Source: Vicugna vicugna (taxonomy: Eukaryota). From it: a DNA stretch of 64,000 bases. Within the stretch, counting starts at the first letter, position 1. Every line of letters starts with the position of its first letter. Below are positions 1 to 13,770 of the stretch, piece by piece. The notes beneath the pieces are model-generated. The model worked only from the letters and a program-made list of their open reading frames with translations. It was not told the DNA's origin and did no database searches. The stretch spans positions 1,364,001 to 1,428,000 of the forward strand of contig MU058221.1 in NCBI GenBank assembly GCA_013265495.1, given 5' to 3'. The position numbers and the translations under genes were made by a program.

Positions 1-487
1 AATGGCCTTGTAGCTGGATGACAACCCTTCCCAGCTCCAGTCTGTGAGCTGTCTTGCTGGCCGAGGCCTGGCAGGAGAGACTCATATCCACGTCCCAGAC
101 ATCCTGACACAGACCTCCTGCTTGGTTCCAGCCCCTCCCAGCTGCAGTTTTGTTGGACCAGGAACCTGCAGGGAGACAGACCAGCCAGTATTGGTCCAGT
201 AGCAGATCCAGAAATGGTTATGTGACTCAATTCCAACTCTTCTCAGTTCTGGGCCACAAGTAGTTCTGCCTCCCCAGAGACCCACCAGAAGACGTACCTT
301 TTCATATTCCTGGAGGTAAGCCTGCCAGCCAGCCACAGTCTGACTGCATGTCCTGCAACAGCCTTGTAACAGCTCTGGCTCCAGCCACGGTCAGAGATCA
401 GTTCTGCCCACGCAAGATCTGGTTAGAGACACGCCTATCTGTTCCCCAGAAACAGGTTTGCAGACCCCTGTCCTAACTGGAACCATT

Positions 488-862
488 GTGTGTGTGTGAA
501 TATACCACATCTTCTTTATCCAGTCATCTGTCGATAGACATTTAGGTTGTTTCCATGTCTTGGCTGTTGTAAATAGTGCTGCTATGAAAATTGGGGTGCA
601 GGTGCCTTTTCAAATTAAAGTTCCCTCGGGATATATGCCCAGGGGTGGGAGTGCTGGATCATATGGTAAGTCTGTCTTTAGTCTTTTGAGGAATCTCCAC
701 AATGTTTTCCACAGTGGTTGCCCCAAACTGCATCCCACCAGCAGTGTGGGAGGGTTCCCTTTTCTCCACAGCCTCTCCAGCATTTATCGTTTGTGGCTGT
801 TTTAAATGATGTACATTCTGAAAGGATACCTCATTGTAGTTCTGATTTGCAATTCACTAAAA
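488..862 (-). mobile_element. LINE-1 fragment (ORF2 3' end), antisense
   Basis: Typical antisense L1 text, e.g. 'accacatcttctttatccagtcatctgtcgatagacatttaggttgtttccatgtcttggct...gctggatcatatggtaag...ctcattgtagttctgatttgc'; ORF 560..805 is the usual antisense-L1 peptide. Confidence 0.9.
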
Positions 863-1530
863 AATAGACTTTCCATATGATCCAGCAGTCCCACTCCTGG
901 GCATATATCTGGAGAAAAATATAATTTGAAAAGACAAGTGAACCCCAGTGCCACAGTAGCACTATTTTATTCCTGTAGCTAAGACGTGGAAACATTCCAA
1001 ATGTCCATCAACAGGTGAATGCATAAAGATATACTATATATAAACACACTGGAATGTTGCTCAGCCATGAAAATGAATGAAACAATGCCATTTGCAGCAA
1101 CATGGATGGACTTAAGGATTATCACAGTAATTGAAGTAAGTCAGACAGAGAAAGACAAATATCATATGATGTTGCTCATATGAGGAGTCTAAAAAAATAA
1201 AAGAAACAGAATATACAAATTTTATTTACAAACCAGAAATAAACTCAAGGGCATAGAAAACAAACTGTGGTTACCAGGAGGGAAATGAAAGGGGAGGGAT
1301 AGATTAAGGGTTTGGGGTTAATAGACACACCTTAGTGTGTATGAAACAGGTCAACAAGGACCTCCTGCAGAGCACAGGGATCTAGATTCCATTTCTTGTA
1401 ATTAGCTATAACGGGAAAGAATCTGAAAAAATATACATATATGTGTATATGGATCTATATGTATAACAGAATTGCTTTGCTGTACACCTGAAACTAACAT
1501 TGAAAATTAACTACACTTCAAAAAAAAGTA
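856..1530 (+). mobile_element. LINE-1 3' end (ORF2 C-terminus + 3'UTR, cetartiodactyl type)
   Basis: 'ccatatgatccagcagtcccactcctgggcatatatc', 'atgccatttgcagcaacatggatggac', 'gaagtaagtcagacagagaaagacaaatatcatatga', ending 'tgtacacctgaaactaacattg...acttc' + A-run. Confidence 0.92.
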
Positions 1531-4057
1531 TTAAAATATATTGTGCTTTCTGTTTGAAAGAAAATATGTTTCACTGGGGAAAAAAATCCCTTTGTCAAAT
1601 GACATTATTTTACACTCCACGACTTCATGGCACGTAATCTCCAAGAGCAATTACTGATGAAGTCACAATAAATATTTTGCTTTACCGTCAGATTAAACTT
1701 CTCGTATGCAAAGTGGAAAAGAGCTCCGGACATAAAAGTGATAAATATAAGAGATCAATGCATTTGGTGGATGTTTTTCCTACTCTTTATCTGTGGGACT
1801 CCAGTACACTGGGAAAAATTTTCATTTAATTTTAGATGATGTTGTGAGCTCTTATGTTGATTTTAATAGATGGGTGAAGTTAGTGCTGCTGGAGAATCAA
1901 CAATGTATAAAGCAAAAGGCATGTTGCCGTGCAAATAAAAATGCTACCAAATGCCCACGAAGCAGCATTCGTTCAAAACAGAGGACAGCTAATTACCACT
2001 TCCCCACTTCTTTGTTTCAGGGTTGATTGAAATCTCGGATAATTTTTATATGCATAAATTGTCTCTCATGCTTTGTGCAATAAAAGAGAAAATATATTAC
2101 TTTAAATTCACATGAATGCACAGTTGATTTTCAGAGAAAAGATATTCACAGTTTTAAAATGGGGAAAAATACAGGAAAAAAAGGACAGCCCAAAAGACGT
2201 CTTCATTGTGCGGTTGTTCCTCTAAACATCATCTCTATTATCTTAAGTGGGTTGCTACAGGGCGTATCTCAAAAATATACTCAATATCTTACATATGCTG
2301 ACATTATTTTAGCTCAAACATTGCAATTTTAATATTAAAGATTTCTTATTAAATCAAGCTATGCTGAAAGCCATCTCTTAGACAACTTTATGTTTTTCCT
2401 GATTCTTGAAGTTTTCTTTGCCAGCTGAGAAAGTCACCAAATTTATATGTGGCTTATTTTAAGAAACATTCAGATGCCATAAAACAAAACATAAAGAAAT
2501 GGTCTTCCATGCTGTGTAAAATGAGGGAGTAACAAAAACACAATCACGTTCCCTCTCAAATTGAAACAATCTCCCTGCTTTGCCTTCACAACGACCCGAG
2601 ATATTAAAAATGACACAGCAGAGAACTCATCTTTTGAAAGAGAAGAAATCTCTCTTCATTGGGGAATACTTCTTAAGTTTTGTTTTTGCATCCCATTCAA
2701 AAATCAAGAAATATGAAGCATATATTTTTATAATGATGTATAATGAGAAACCAGGGTCATGTGATTGATTTATTATTAAAAAGGAATAGAAAAGGAAACA
2801 ACTGGATACCAAAATTGACCAATAATTCAAGCAATCCATAATTATAAGCACATAGACTTTTCACCCTACAGAATGTTTTTTCTAGTTAGTTTGTACATCT
2901 TATCGTATTAAAATTGCTGAAAGAGGACATAGAATTGGATTTCCATGCGTCCTCGTCAACAGCCTATACTTATGTAAACTTCAAAGAAATTGCAGGAGGC
3001 AGAATGCTGCTATTTGAAAAATCCTACATGGTGGGTCCGGCAGGGGAAGCGGGGCGCTTTCTTTGTCTTCTGACAATTTTGCGTTCTCCTCCCCTGCTAG
3101 CGGACCATTCTTAGATGCAAAGACATATGTAATCACAGAGAGTTACTACAAACACTTACAGAGTTTTCAGTATCAATGATAAAAGGCTACTTTTTACAAA
3201 TACGTACCCAGTCTTTCTCTGATTAGGAAGATTCAATTCTAACTGGATGTTTACAATGCCAACCCTGTTAGTAATTGTGTGAATTAATTAGACATAAATT
3301 TGTTTTTCAAATGACAATAAGAATGATAAAAGAGCGTTCAGAAGTTTCAAAATAACGGCGTATGATAACATCTTCTCAGTAAACAGGTTTTGTTTTATCT
3401 GTATTTGTGTCTTATGAGTTTTTTTGCCCTCTTCAGAATGAATTAATTGTTAGTGTGGGCACCTTATCGGTCTGAATGTGATGTGTTTAATTATATTTTC
3501 TAATGCTTTAATATGATTGTACTTCTCCTTTATGTGTGGGAAAACTGTAAGCTTTGACAAATGTTTGAGTGGATAAAAAATTAATGAGTTTCTATAATAA
3601 TTCCAGTTGTGATGCAGGATGACTTTTAGCAATGATAATGCACTGTGTTCCTATTCTTTCAAGACTACAGGTACTTTTTGAATTTTTTAATGACTTGTTT
3701 TGCTGATAACTTCTATCAACACATAATGAAATTATTTAAATAAAACGAAATCTAAGAAAATGTGTTAACAGTTCCTATTAGGAAGTGGATTTATATCATA
3801 ATCCGTGGTTAGGTTTGAAACGCAGGTAAAAGTCTAGTTTAGGGTTTTCAGTTTGTTTATAAACAAACTTGCATTCAGCCAAAGATGAAGAAATGATGCT
3901 GTTGCAGAGAATCTCTGTGCTGATACAAGTTAAAACCTCAGATTAGAAACAGTATGAAGAGAAAAAATTTTAGCAGAAATACTGTTGTCAACATGCATAA
4001 TGCTTGCAAAATAGTATGCTGAAGACAGGGAAAAGTTGAAACGAGTCGGAGTCATAA

Positions 4058-5053
4058 TGTTACTGAGTTTAGGTTCAGCTGCTTGACACTCAAAAGCCAA
4101 TAATGCAAGAGGCCAGTATCAGTAGAAAGGAGAAGTACTTTAATCAGAAGAGCTGGCAGTCTAGGGAGATGGTGGACTCACGTCCAGGGACCAATTTTGA
4201 AGATTCTGCTCAGCCATGACACTTTTTAAAGGGAAAAATGGAGGTAAGAATCTCAGTGAATCATCGAGGCAGGGGGTTGGGTTCTGTCTCGTTCTCTGCA
4301 GCATGCAGACTGGCTGATCCTCCAGATGTCACCTTGCCAGTGTGATCTGCCTGCAGGATTGCTAAGGGGGCTTTTGGGTGTAGAGAGCTACTAAAAGCAT
4401 CAACAGATCCCTCAATGTCCATCAACAGATGAATGGCTAAAATGTGATATACACACATAAGGGAATATTACTCAGCCCTAAACAGGAAGGGAATTCTGAT
4501 ATATGCTCCAACAAGGATGAACCTTAAGGACATTATGCTAAGCGAAATAAACCAGGCACAAAAGGACGACTACTGTATGAGTCCACTTATCTGAGACACC
4601 TAGAAGAGCCAAATTTATAGACACAGAAAGTAAAATGGATGGTGACTGCCAGGGGCTAGAAGGGGAAGGAGTGGGGAGATACTGTTTAATAGACCCAGAG
4701 CTTCAGTTTGAGAAGATTAGGAAGTTCCGGAGGTGAACAGCTGTGATGGTTGCCCAACATTATGAATGTACTTAATGTCACTGAACTGTACACTTAAGAA
4801 GGATAAAAATGTCTATGTTATGGCAATTTTAAAATGGTCATGTTTATGTTATGTACATTTTACAACCATAAAAATAGTAACACAAAAACAGGTAAAGAAT
4901 CAACAGGTTAGACAAGGCACGGCGTGCATTCGGGGAGCGTAAGGCAGGAGATACTTGCTCTTGCTTAGCGATCTCATTCCTATAATTAGGTTCTTTTAAG
5001 GTGAGAGGGGGACAGAAATGGGTGAACAGAAAAGGGTCAACGACCTGCTTTCA
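4058..5053 (-). mobile_element. ERV1-class solo LTR interrupted by an L1 insertion
   Basis: TG...CA termini; flanks ATAA (4054-4057) / ATAG (5054-5057) as a 4-bp TSD with 1 mismatch; U5 end (minus strand 'ggcttttgagtgtcaagcagctgaacctaaactcagtaaca') resembles the end of the LTR at 47845. Confidence 0.75.
4407..4893 (+). mobile_element. L1MB-like 3' fragment nested in the LTR
   Basis: 'aatgtccatcaacagatgaatgg...gacattatgctaagcgaaataaaccaggcacaaaaggac...aatgtacttaatgtcactgaactgtacacttaa'; 13-bp TSD aaagcatcaacag (4394-4406) / aaagaatcaacag (4894-4906). Confidence 0.88.
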
Positions 5054-5559
5054 ATAGCAGTTCTTAATACCAACCCTACTCCAATATATGCTTTCAGAAG
5101 CAGGAGTGAAGAAGCAGTTTGAGTAGACAATTGTTTTTTTAATAGACATTAATTTATAGAGCAGCATAATAACAGGATGAAAATAAACAATGCCAAATCC
5201 TGGACAGAAGACACGCAACAGAAGTCAGAGTCGGAGGAGGGGGACAAGCCATACAGGTTAGTCAGTGAAGTGGTTCCAGGTTTTGTAGATGAGACGTGGT
5301 GGAAGGCTGTAAGCAGTGGGACTTGGAAGCTAATAACTGCAAACCATCAATAAAGATAAAGGTGAAATAATAGTGTTGTTTCCTATAAATTATAATCCAT
5401 ATACTTTTTAAAATTTATTTGAGGGCAAACAGAAGTAAATATACGATACAAAGGAGAGACTTGATCTAACATAATAATAAAGGTGAAATCAGAAAGTCTT
5501 CAAAAGTTATTTGAAAATATAATAGCTTCCTTTTTTGAAGTCGATACTGTTTTTGAAAG

Positions 5560-5900
5560 AGAGATCTTTCAGAAATTAGAATTAAAGAACACATGGAAAG
5601 AAAATAAACATACAGATCAAAATTAGAGGTTCAGTCTAAAAGTCCCACTAAACGGAGTCCCAGGAAGGGAGAGCAGAGAATGCAGAAGTTAGAAAAGAAA
5701 CTGTATAATAAACACCAAAAAGCTATCAGGACTGATTGAAGAGCCTCTCAGACACTTGGCTTAATGACAACACAAGATCTACAACACGGTTGTCACTGTG
5801 AAGGGTTAGAATGCACGGAAATAAAGATGCTAAAGCTCTGAGTTAAGATAAGACACCAAGCCACATGTGAAGGACATTGAGAAGCTTCAATGGCTCCGTA
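5560..5900 (+). mobile_element. Ancient L1ME/HAL1-like ORF1-region remnant
   Basis: A-rich decayed text 'ggagtcccaggaagggagagcagagaatg...'; boundaries approximate. Confidence 0.35.
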
Positions 5901-6719
5901 AGTAGCATCACTGAAAATTTTCGGTTCACGCTTTTACGGGGCTGATTCCAGTATTTCCTTCTTAGCTCTACAACTGCTTGTGAGCCACGCCTCCTTCGTC
6001 CATCGTGAGGGGAAGACGCCACCAAGTGAGCTTCACCGTCTTCCCCTTTTCTACCTACGAGGGGATAATCAGGCACGGCGCTGATTTCCTCGGGAATTCT
6101 ACGCCTCAGAGCCTCAGAAAAACGAAGCTGTCCTCTCGTTCTGTGTCCAGGGCCACTTCATGCCCCGCAGGGGGTGGTTCGGCATGTTTCGGTCTTGATC
6201 ACGTTGCTAGTATCACACTTACCCAAACGCTAGTTTAATGGGGTATCGCCACCCTTTTTCCAAACTAAATGAGAATAATCTACTTTCGGGGAGGTCAAGG
6301 GGATGAGGGCCAATCTCTCTTTTCCAGTTTCGAATTATCTTCAATTTAATAAGTTTCAGATACGTATAGATTGTCATGTTTTCCTTGTATTTTTTTTTTT
6401 GATAAAAACCTATGGCTTACTGCCTGCACAGCACTTCTCTGAGTTTATCAGAGTCCCTTCACAGCACTGATCAGTATATTAAACCATCTTGTCAAATGAG
6501 AAGTGGTTGACGTGGTCAACTTCAGCACAGGTGATTCTGACAACCGGTTGCCCATGGATTTCTAACCCTTTTACATACAGTTTAAATGATATTGTACATC
6601 CTGCATGCAGAGTTGAAGAAGACATCAGGGCAGCACACACTGCTCAATAAAGGTGAAATTCTTCTACCCCATGGCCTCCCAACCTTATGAGAGTATATCT
6701 GTATATCTATATCTATAAG

Positions 6720-6770
6720 TAGATATAGGTAGGTAGGTAGATAGATAGATAGACAGACAGACAGATAGAT
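6720..6770. repeat. Compound (TAGG)/(GATA)/(GACA) microsatellite
   Basis: Read directly. Confidence 0.9.
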
Positions 6771-7860
6771 TTAAACCAGATAACTGATGCAGACCATTCC
6801 CCTTTCCTCCTAACGTACTCCGAGCAGCACTGGAAATCACGCAGCCACAATGACTACGTCATTATTCAGGCAGACATTCCGAATGGGTCTAATCACAAGC
6901 CTGAGACTGTCTATAGTGAAAAAAAAAAAAAGTGACTAATTATGTGTTAAACCAGAACCTGCTTTTAGAGGAACCTGTAAAGGGGCTGCCTAACACCACC
7001 TCTTTTCAGCCTGATGCCCCCTGGAAAATCCACACCTTCATCTTACGTCACCCTTCTTAAAACAAATGCTTCCATCCTGCCAAGACCTAGTCCAACATAT
7101 TAAAAAAAAAAAAAAGCTGAATTCTACGTTAGATAATAATCGTGGCTAGACTATCTATTAATATAAACACATACCCTGTAACATACTGGAATCACAAAGT
7201 ACAGGACAGTTATATGGGAGCCTTCAAACACAAGCGTGCTCAGTGAAATCACTTTATTATGTCGAGTGTCCATTACGTACTAGGTACCCAGTTAAGCATT
7301 TCCCCCTGAATTCTACTTCTCATCTTAAATCTCCACAGTCTGCCTTGACTTGCCTAAGGTGGACAAGAAACACAAGGATCTCTCAAGTCCAAATAAGTGG
7401 TCAGAGGAGCCAAACTGTATCAGAAACGTTAAAATGTTATAGGGGTTTCGGTTTGGTACTCAGGAGGAAATCTGAGTCTGCCGTGCTGACGGGAGCTTGA
7501 TTGATGTGGGCATATTTTCTACCCTCTGCTATGTACACATTACAAAGTGCAGTTGTATAAATCAGACTGTCCGTGGACCCCAGAGCACTTGCATTATTCT
7601 CAAGAAGTTCCTCTGGATTTGTTCTTGTTCTCTGCAAATTTGTCAATACCCCATCTCACCTTTGTGTATCTGTTTGCCGATCTATCTTGACTCCGTCTAT
7701 TTTCACACTACGATCTGGATACAGTACAAAGGTTTGGACATCCAGTGGTCTTTGTTAGGAAGACACTTCCTGACAGGAAGTTCTGTAATCCCATCACAGC
7801 CAAAGCCATTGGCATTACATCAGCCATGCCTGGAAAGCTCTGGCAAGAATCTGCATGGGT

Positions 7861-8072
7861 TTTAGATCCTCAGAACTTACTCATAACTAAAAGTTTGTGT
7901 GCTTTGGCCAAAATCTCCTTCCCCCACACTCTTCGGTCCCTGGCAACAGCCATTCTGCTCTGTATTTGTGAGTGTGACTCTTTTAGACTCCACATATAAG
8001 CGAGACCTTATCTTGTCTTTTTCTGTCTGGCTTGTTTCGCTTAGCATCGTGTCCTCCTGGTGCATCCACGTT
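7861..8072 (-). mobile_element. L1MA-like 3' fragment
   Basis: 'ccctggcaacagccattctgctctgt...ttttagactccacatataagcgaga...ttctgtctggcttgtttcgcttagcat'; ORF 7877..8065 contains L1-like 'MLSETSQTEKDK'. Confidence 0.85.
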
Positions 8073-8404
8073 CACTGAGAAATGCAGCCTGATGAAAGGA
8101 GGCATTCTCAGGTCTTGTTTTGCACTAGAAATGCAGGATCTCTGAACATTGTCTTTTCTTGTTATTCCCCTTCTCATTGAACACACTATCCATCGCTAAT
8201 TCCAGAAAGCTGATAATCACCCACAGGCCAGCAAATCAGAAAATCTTGGATCTTGTTCTTTGAAAACACATCTGGAATTCTTCCATTCCCTTCAACCTAC
8301 ACATTTACCTTGCCTGAAATTTCCGGAGGGCATTGTACTCAAACTTCCCACTGGTCTTTCATTTTCTATACCTAGAAGCTACACAGACTTCCTTTTTTGT
8401 CTCT

Positions 8405-8930
8405 TAAGCATGTTGAACTTTATAAAAAACTGCCAAAATAGTTTCGAATTCCAGCTGTTCCTCAGCCACGCGGTGTGGCCAGATTTTTATCTGTGTGTTT
8501 GTTTCCATTCATGCTAATACAGCTGTAGTGACGTCTCACTGTGATTTAAATTGACATTTCTCTAATGAATAACGAAGTTGAGCATCTTGAATATGTTAAA
8601 CTGTCATGTATAATATCTTTTGTCCAAATCTTTAGCCTATTTCAATGTTTTGTTTTGCTGTTTTTCTTGTCTGTTCTGCTATGGGATTGTGACACTTTTT
8701 CGTGCATTTTTGGCTACAGGTCTTTCATCAGATACGTGTTTTTCAAATTTCCTACCCAGTGTTTAGCTTATCTTTTGAAATTCTTAACAATGTCTTTCAA
8801 TCAGCAGAAATTTGAATATTGATGTCATCAGATTATATATATAATATGTATATATTTATACATGAATTGTGCCTCTGATAGCTCTTCTAAGAAATTTCAA
8901 CCCAACCCAAGGTCATAAGCATTTTCTGTA
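8405..8930 (-). mobile_element. Old L1 (L1M/ME) ORF2 3' fragment
   Basis: 'gacatttctctaatgaataacgaagttgagcatctt', 'aacccaaggtcataag'. Confidence 0.7.
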
Positions 8931-11039
8931 ATTTTGCTTTGAGGCACTGAGATCGCCCTCCATCATCTCACTAGAACAAATGACTGCTTCAGAAGGGCTT
9001 CATCCCAGTGTTGCCCAGGGCTCAGCAGTGGCACTGTGCACCCCCATAATCTGGAGAAGGGTCACGGGGTTCAGACTTCAGAGCCTTCCCGATTTGTTGG
9101 TGGGAATTAGACGGACACCCCTTTGGGTAGCAGAAGGCCCCTGCATTTTCAGGAAGGAAAAGTAAAAAGAAAGGCCCCCTGGGGGGTCATGGAGTTCCTG
9201 ACACTCCAGACTGTGGACTGACCAATGTGACTTGCGCGCTGCGTATTGCGGTCGAGTCCAGTTATCGCGTGCAGGATTAGCAAGGGCCAGGGTAGCATGG
9301 AAAGCCCAGGGCACTTGGAAACACTCGCGGAGGGAGCCGTGGCTCAGCCACTCCTGCTTATAACAGAAGGGGCTACTTTGTTCCCGGTCACTTTCACAAG
9401 AACTACTCTGTAAAATCAAGCTCGTGCACTGGGCACTTAAGAAGTGTCACTCTAGTAGCGGTATCACTGACCACAATTGTAGCTTCCACCTCACGCATAC
9501 CTTATTTACAATCCCATTATTACAATAAGGCATAGGCCAGTGACGTTTAGGGGAAGACTGCATCAGAATAAAGTATGACCAGTTCATATTCCACATTAAC
9601 TTTCCTCTACGCATTTTTCCTTCAAACATTCATTCTTGCTGTACTATGCCCCAAGTCATCACTTTGTAGAATTTTAGTTAATACCAAAAAAAAGTTCAAG
9701 ACATTAAAGGAAAATAACTCTATATTAGCTACTGCAATTATTCCCAAGTTTAAGACAAACCGGTTGCTTTGTGAATCTAAAAAAATGTATCATATTTGGT
9801 TGAGGATGGTAAAGAATTGTACACAGAGTAAAACACTTAGCAAACGCAGGGATCATTAAACCTCGCGTGAGCAGTGGCCTTTGCCGCGCTTGGCAGCCTC
9901 AGGCCTTTATTTCCCAGTCACCGTCCCTGCAGTTCCCTGGATCCCTGACGAAAAAGAAAAACAGAAGATAAAACCGTGACATCACAGGAAAATTCCCAGT
10001 GAACTGTCTTTATTATAGACATTCAAGGCTTACTTTCAATCAGGTTCTCTCGCGACCTTTCACGACTACTCGTGGACACTAAGTGGCACATTTCAGAACA
10101 TTGAATTAATATTTATGGGCTCGTCACCTGACTACTTACTAACCTAAGGATTTCAACTCGTTAAACAAGAAAAGATCCAGCTAAGAATTATGTACGGGTC
10201 ACTCAATCTTAGCAAAATGGAATAAATCAATGTCTTGGACGTGAATGATGTAGCCAGAGCATGTCTCTGCTTGTTCAGTTGCAGAAACGCAAAGGCGAGC
10301 CACATCCCCAAGACGCATGGCTGCTTAACACGTTGTATCATAATTCAGGTATCGGCCCATTCTCCTTCCTTTCCCACGAAACTCCTATATACTGATAGTC
10401 TGTCCCCCTAAAGCTGTTCTCCGTATTTGGAGCATTTGTCAGTGCTACCTATCCTTGGGAAAATTCTCATGACTCTCCCGATACTGGCATGACAAGTTAC
10501 TCTTTGCTTATGACTGAAAATTTTCGATCACCCACATGAGTATTATCTACATTGTGAATTGTCTCAGTAGAATTTGAATCTAAGAAGACATTGCATTTGA
10601 TTCTGTCGCTTTTTTTTTGCCCAGAGATTGCAAATTTATTTAAAAAATAAAATAAATCTATAAATTAGAATAAATGTCAAACCTGTTAACCCAAAGTTAA
10701 GGACTTAAAAAATCAACGTATCTACTGAATGCCAAGTGTGCTGATTGTGGATTTACATGACTTTTAATATAAAGGCTCTACGTTTTATTATGTTGTCATT
10801 GTGAGCGATATAGCTGTCACCCTAACTTTATTCTCCTTATTAAGTGAATTGTAGCATACATAAAGGCATTCTCAGCTCATTAAAACTAAATCTCCTTTTG
10901 TAATAACCGTGTAATAACTATATCACACAATTCCGCCAACGGATGCAAGCCCTAACGGGCAAAAGTTGGAAAACAATATTCACACCATCTTGAAGCATCA
11001 TTGCACAGATTACATCTTAATTATACAGAAGAAATGTGT

Positions 11040-11735
11040 ATCAGCAACGGGGAGATTTGGCGACAGGGTCTTAATGACGCAGTGAAATCTACTATAGACT
11101 TTGTGACGTCATGCGACAGGAAGGCATTCACCACCTACTCAGTGCTCTTGCTGGAAATCATCGCGGGCCATCGAATGAGGCAGAAGCAGCCCACTGAATC
11201 CAGAAGCCCATGTTCTGAACAAATCTGGCCTGAACTTCTCTAAAGAAGTGAAAGCAGGATTGTTCTGGATTTTGAGAGATAAGACATTACGCCAAATGCA
11301 ATGAAATGTGTGGACGTTAAATGGGGTCTGCATTGAAAAAAGAAAACGCTGATGGTCATTTTGAAGTCATTTGGCGAAATCTGAATACGGGTCACAGATG
11401 ATGGCATTGAAATAACCCTGATTTTCTTAGATGCCACATGATGACATGGTTTTGTAGAGGAACGTCATTGTTTTGGGGAACATTTAGAGCCGGAACTGTC
11501 ATGACAGCTTCAGACTGACTACCTTTAGGTAAGTTAACCAAAGGGCTAACCTAGTCAGTGTGTGACCAAACAGACAGACAGACAGACATTAAGTTAGATA
11601 CAGATACAGATATAAGTACAGATAGAGAAGAGGATGTGGCAAAATGTTACAAGTCAGTAAATCTAGAGGGAAGGGTGTTTGGGTATTTAGCACGCTGGTC
11701 CTTCAACTTCACTGTGGGTTTGGAAGTTATCAACT
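11040..11735 (+). mobile_element. L1MC/L1ME-type 3'UTR fragment
   Basis: 'tggcgaaatctgaatacgg', 'gtggcaaaatgttacaagtcagtaaatctagagggaaggg...cttcaacttcactgtgggtttggaa'. Confidence 0.6.
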
Positions 11736-12164
11736 TACCTCAATTACTGAGAAAAAAAAATCTTCACTTATGATTTGATTAAATTACCTTCTTAGGAAAC
11801 TCTTATCCTACACATGCTGTGTATCAGATACAATACCGATCATAAAGTTCTGAGGGTGACTAAGACAACACTGCCGCTTAAGGAGGAGCCAGATTAATTT
11901 TGCAGAGAACACATTAGCTTGAGCAGCAACCAGCCACTCGCTTGGTTTAAGATTAGAGGCATAAAGGGAAAATGGCACAGAATGAAATAAAACACGCAAT
12001 AACCAAAGGCGGAGGATAAATCAGAAACTATGAAAATACTGTCAGCCTCTATTCAGTTTTGGCAATTTGGACGAAGAAAAGGAAAAAAATAGGCCTTAGA
12101 TACGAAGATATACTCCAGCACACTCAAACTAAGAAGAAGGAAAAACGCACACACTGAGGCAGGG

Positions 12165-12620
12165 TTCCCCTGTCAGATTAGCAGAATTCAATAAGTTATT
12201 TAAACACACTGTACACAGACGGATGAGGGCATAAACGTTTTATTATCACTGGGGTTACAAAGTAGCAAAACCTTTATGCAGAACAATTTGGCAAACAATA
12301 CCCGTCAATGCTCTTTAACTCAGCGATCCCACTTGCAGGAAACGATGCTCTCACAAGTATGCATTATCGTTTCTTCATAAATAAGCAGAATGTCTTATGT
12401 GCACACATCTTTCCCCAGCATTGTTTGTAACGTCAAAAGATTGGAAATGGCTCCGGTGTGTCCCAGTAGGAGGCTAGTTAAATAAGTTCTGACGTATCCA
12501 TTTAAGGAGATACTGTGTCGTTCTTAAAATGTATTGATTTGTTGATATAAAACAAACTGGATAAATATAAATGAACTTTGTCAAGCAAGTGCCGATGCAT
12601 GGTATAATGGGCGCTGGGAC
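12165..12620 (+). mobile_element. Old L1ME ORF2 3' fragment
   Basis: 'tttaactcagcgatcccacttgcaggaa', 'cagcattgtttgtaacgtcaaaagattggaaa'. Confidence 0.65.
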
Positions 12621-13399
12621 AGGCAAAAGCAGGCATAGATACATGCTCACACATACACACGAAGACACAGGTTTTATTATATAAACATATTATGTTCCTT
12701 TCAAGACACAAGAATTTGGCAGCATCGTGTGATCTGAAAAGTGAAACTGGATCACTGTGGAATACACAAGAGAAACATTGTCCACTGAATTCTTTTTAAA
12801 CGTAAATAAAATGAACCCATTTGCAAGGTAAATATCAACATCAAGAGAACATTTGTGAAGAGGGACGTCTAAAAAAACAAAACAACAACAAAAGAGCAAT
12901 TCAAAACCAAAGTGCAAAAAAGGACACCCAAATCAAAGATAGACTACGGAGAGGGGACATCCCTGACACTAGGAAAATAAAAAAAGTCACTAAATAAACA
13001 AAAAAAGATAATTCTCCTCATTGATTAAAAGAAATACGCCAATTTTCTTTTCGCTTTTTTTTTTTTTTGCTTGCCAAATTCTGTTTCATATTTGAAAGGT
13101 GATCAGGATAGAGAGTCCTGATACGAAATTCTACAATCCTGTGCTACGTCTTTGAGTCACATAATTTTTAATCTGAAGTTTTTCTTCCCCTGAAAACGGT
13201 TGTCTTAGTTTAATACATAAAAGGATTTTAAGATCTTGAAAAACAGAAATGATACGCTTTTGAAAAATGCTCTCTTATCTCTTTATGTAGCAGAAAAAGA
13301 TGTTTGTCTCTGTGGATACATCAGAGTGGCCCCATTCAAGGAAGTACAGCATTTCCTCCCAGTTACCTAATTTAGAAGCTTGTTTAAACTGTTTTGTTA

Positions 13400-13770
13400 G
13401 CCGTGCCTGCTCGCCCCTGGAGGGGCCCAGTAACGGTGTGGCCGCCTGCCCGAGGAGCGCCATTCCGGGAGCTCCCAGGTCCTGTCCGCCCCTAGGGCCG
13501 CCGACGGCGACTCGAGTCCTGGGGTCCGCGTTCATGTCTGGTTGCCTCTCGTCTTAAATCCCAGCACTCGTAATTCAGGGGGCGTCTCCACGAGACTCAC
13601 TGAAGACCACGAGCATCCCACGTGTGTGCTCAAAGTCTTTCTTCTCTCCTCTCCTCACCTAGCATCCGTGGATTCCGGTGTCAGAGAGGACGTGGCAGGT
13701 GGTTCAGCTTTTATAGGAATAATTTTCAGAAGCCTGGCTGCCCTGACGGTTCTCACCACGGCGCTCCTGT
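13400..13770. other. Small CpG/GC-rich patch
   Basis: Dense CpGs ('gccgcctgcccgaggagcgc', 'gggccgccgacggcgactcg') in AT-rich surroundings. Confidence 0.6.

Noticed and set aside
1..480. GC-moderate segment possibly from an old L1 5' region
   Set aside because: Similarity is impressionistic; I cannot assign a family or strand.
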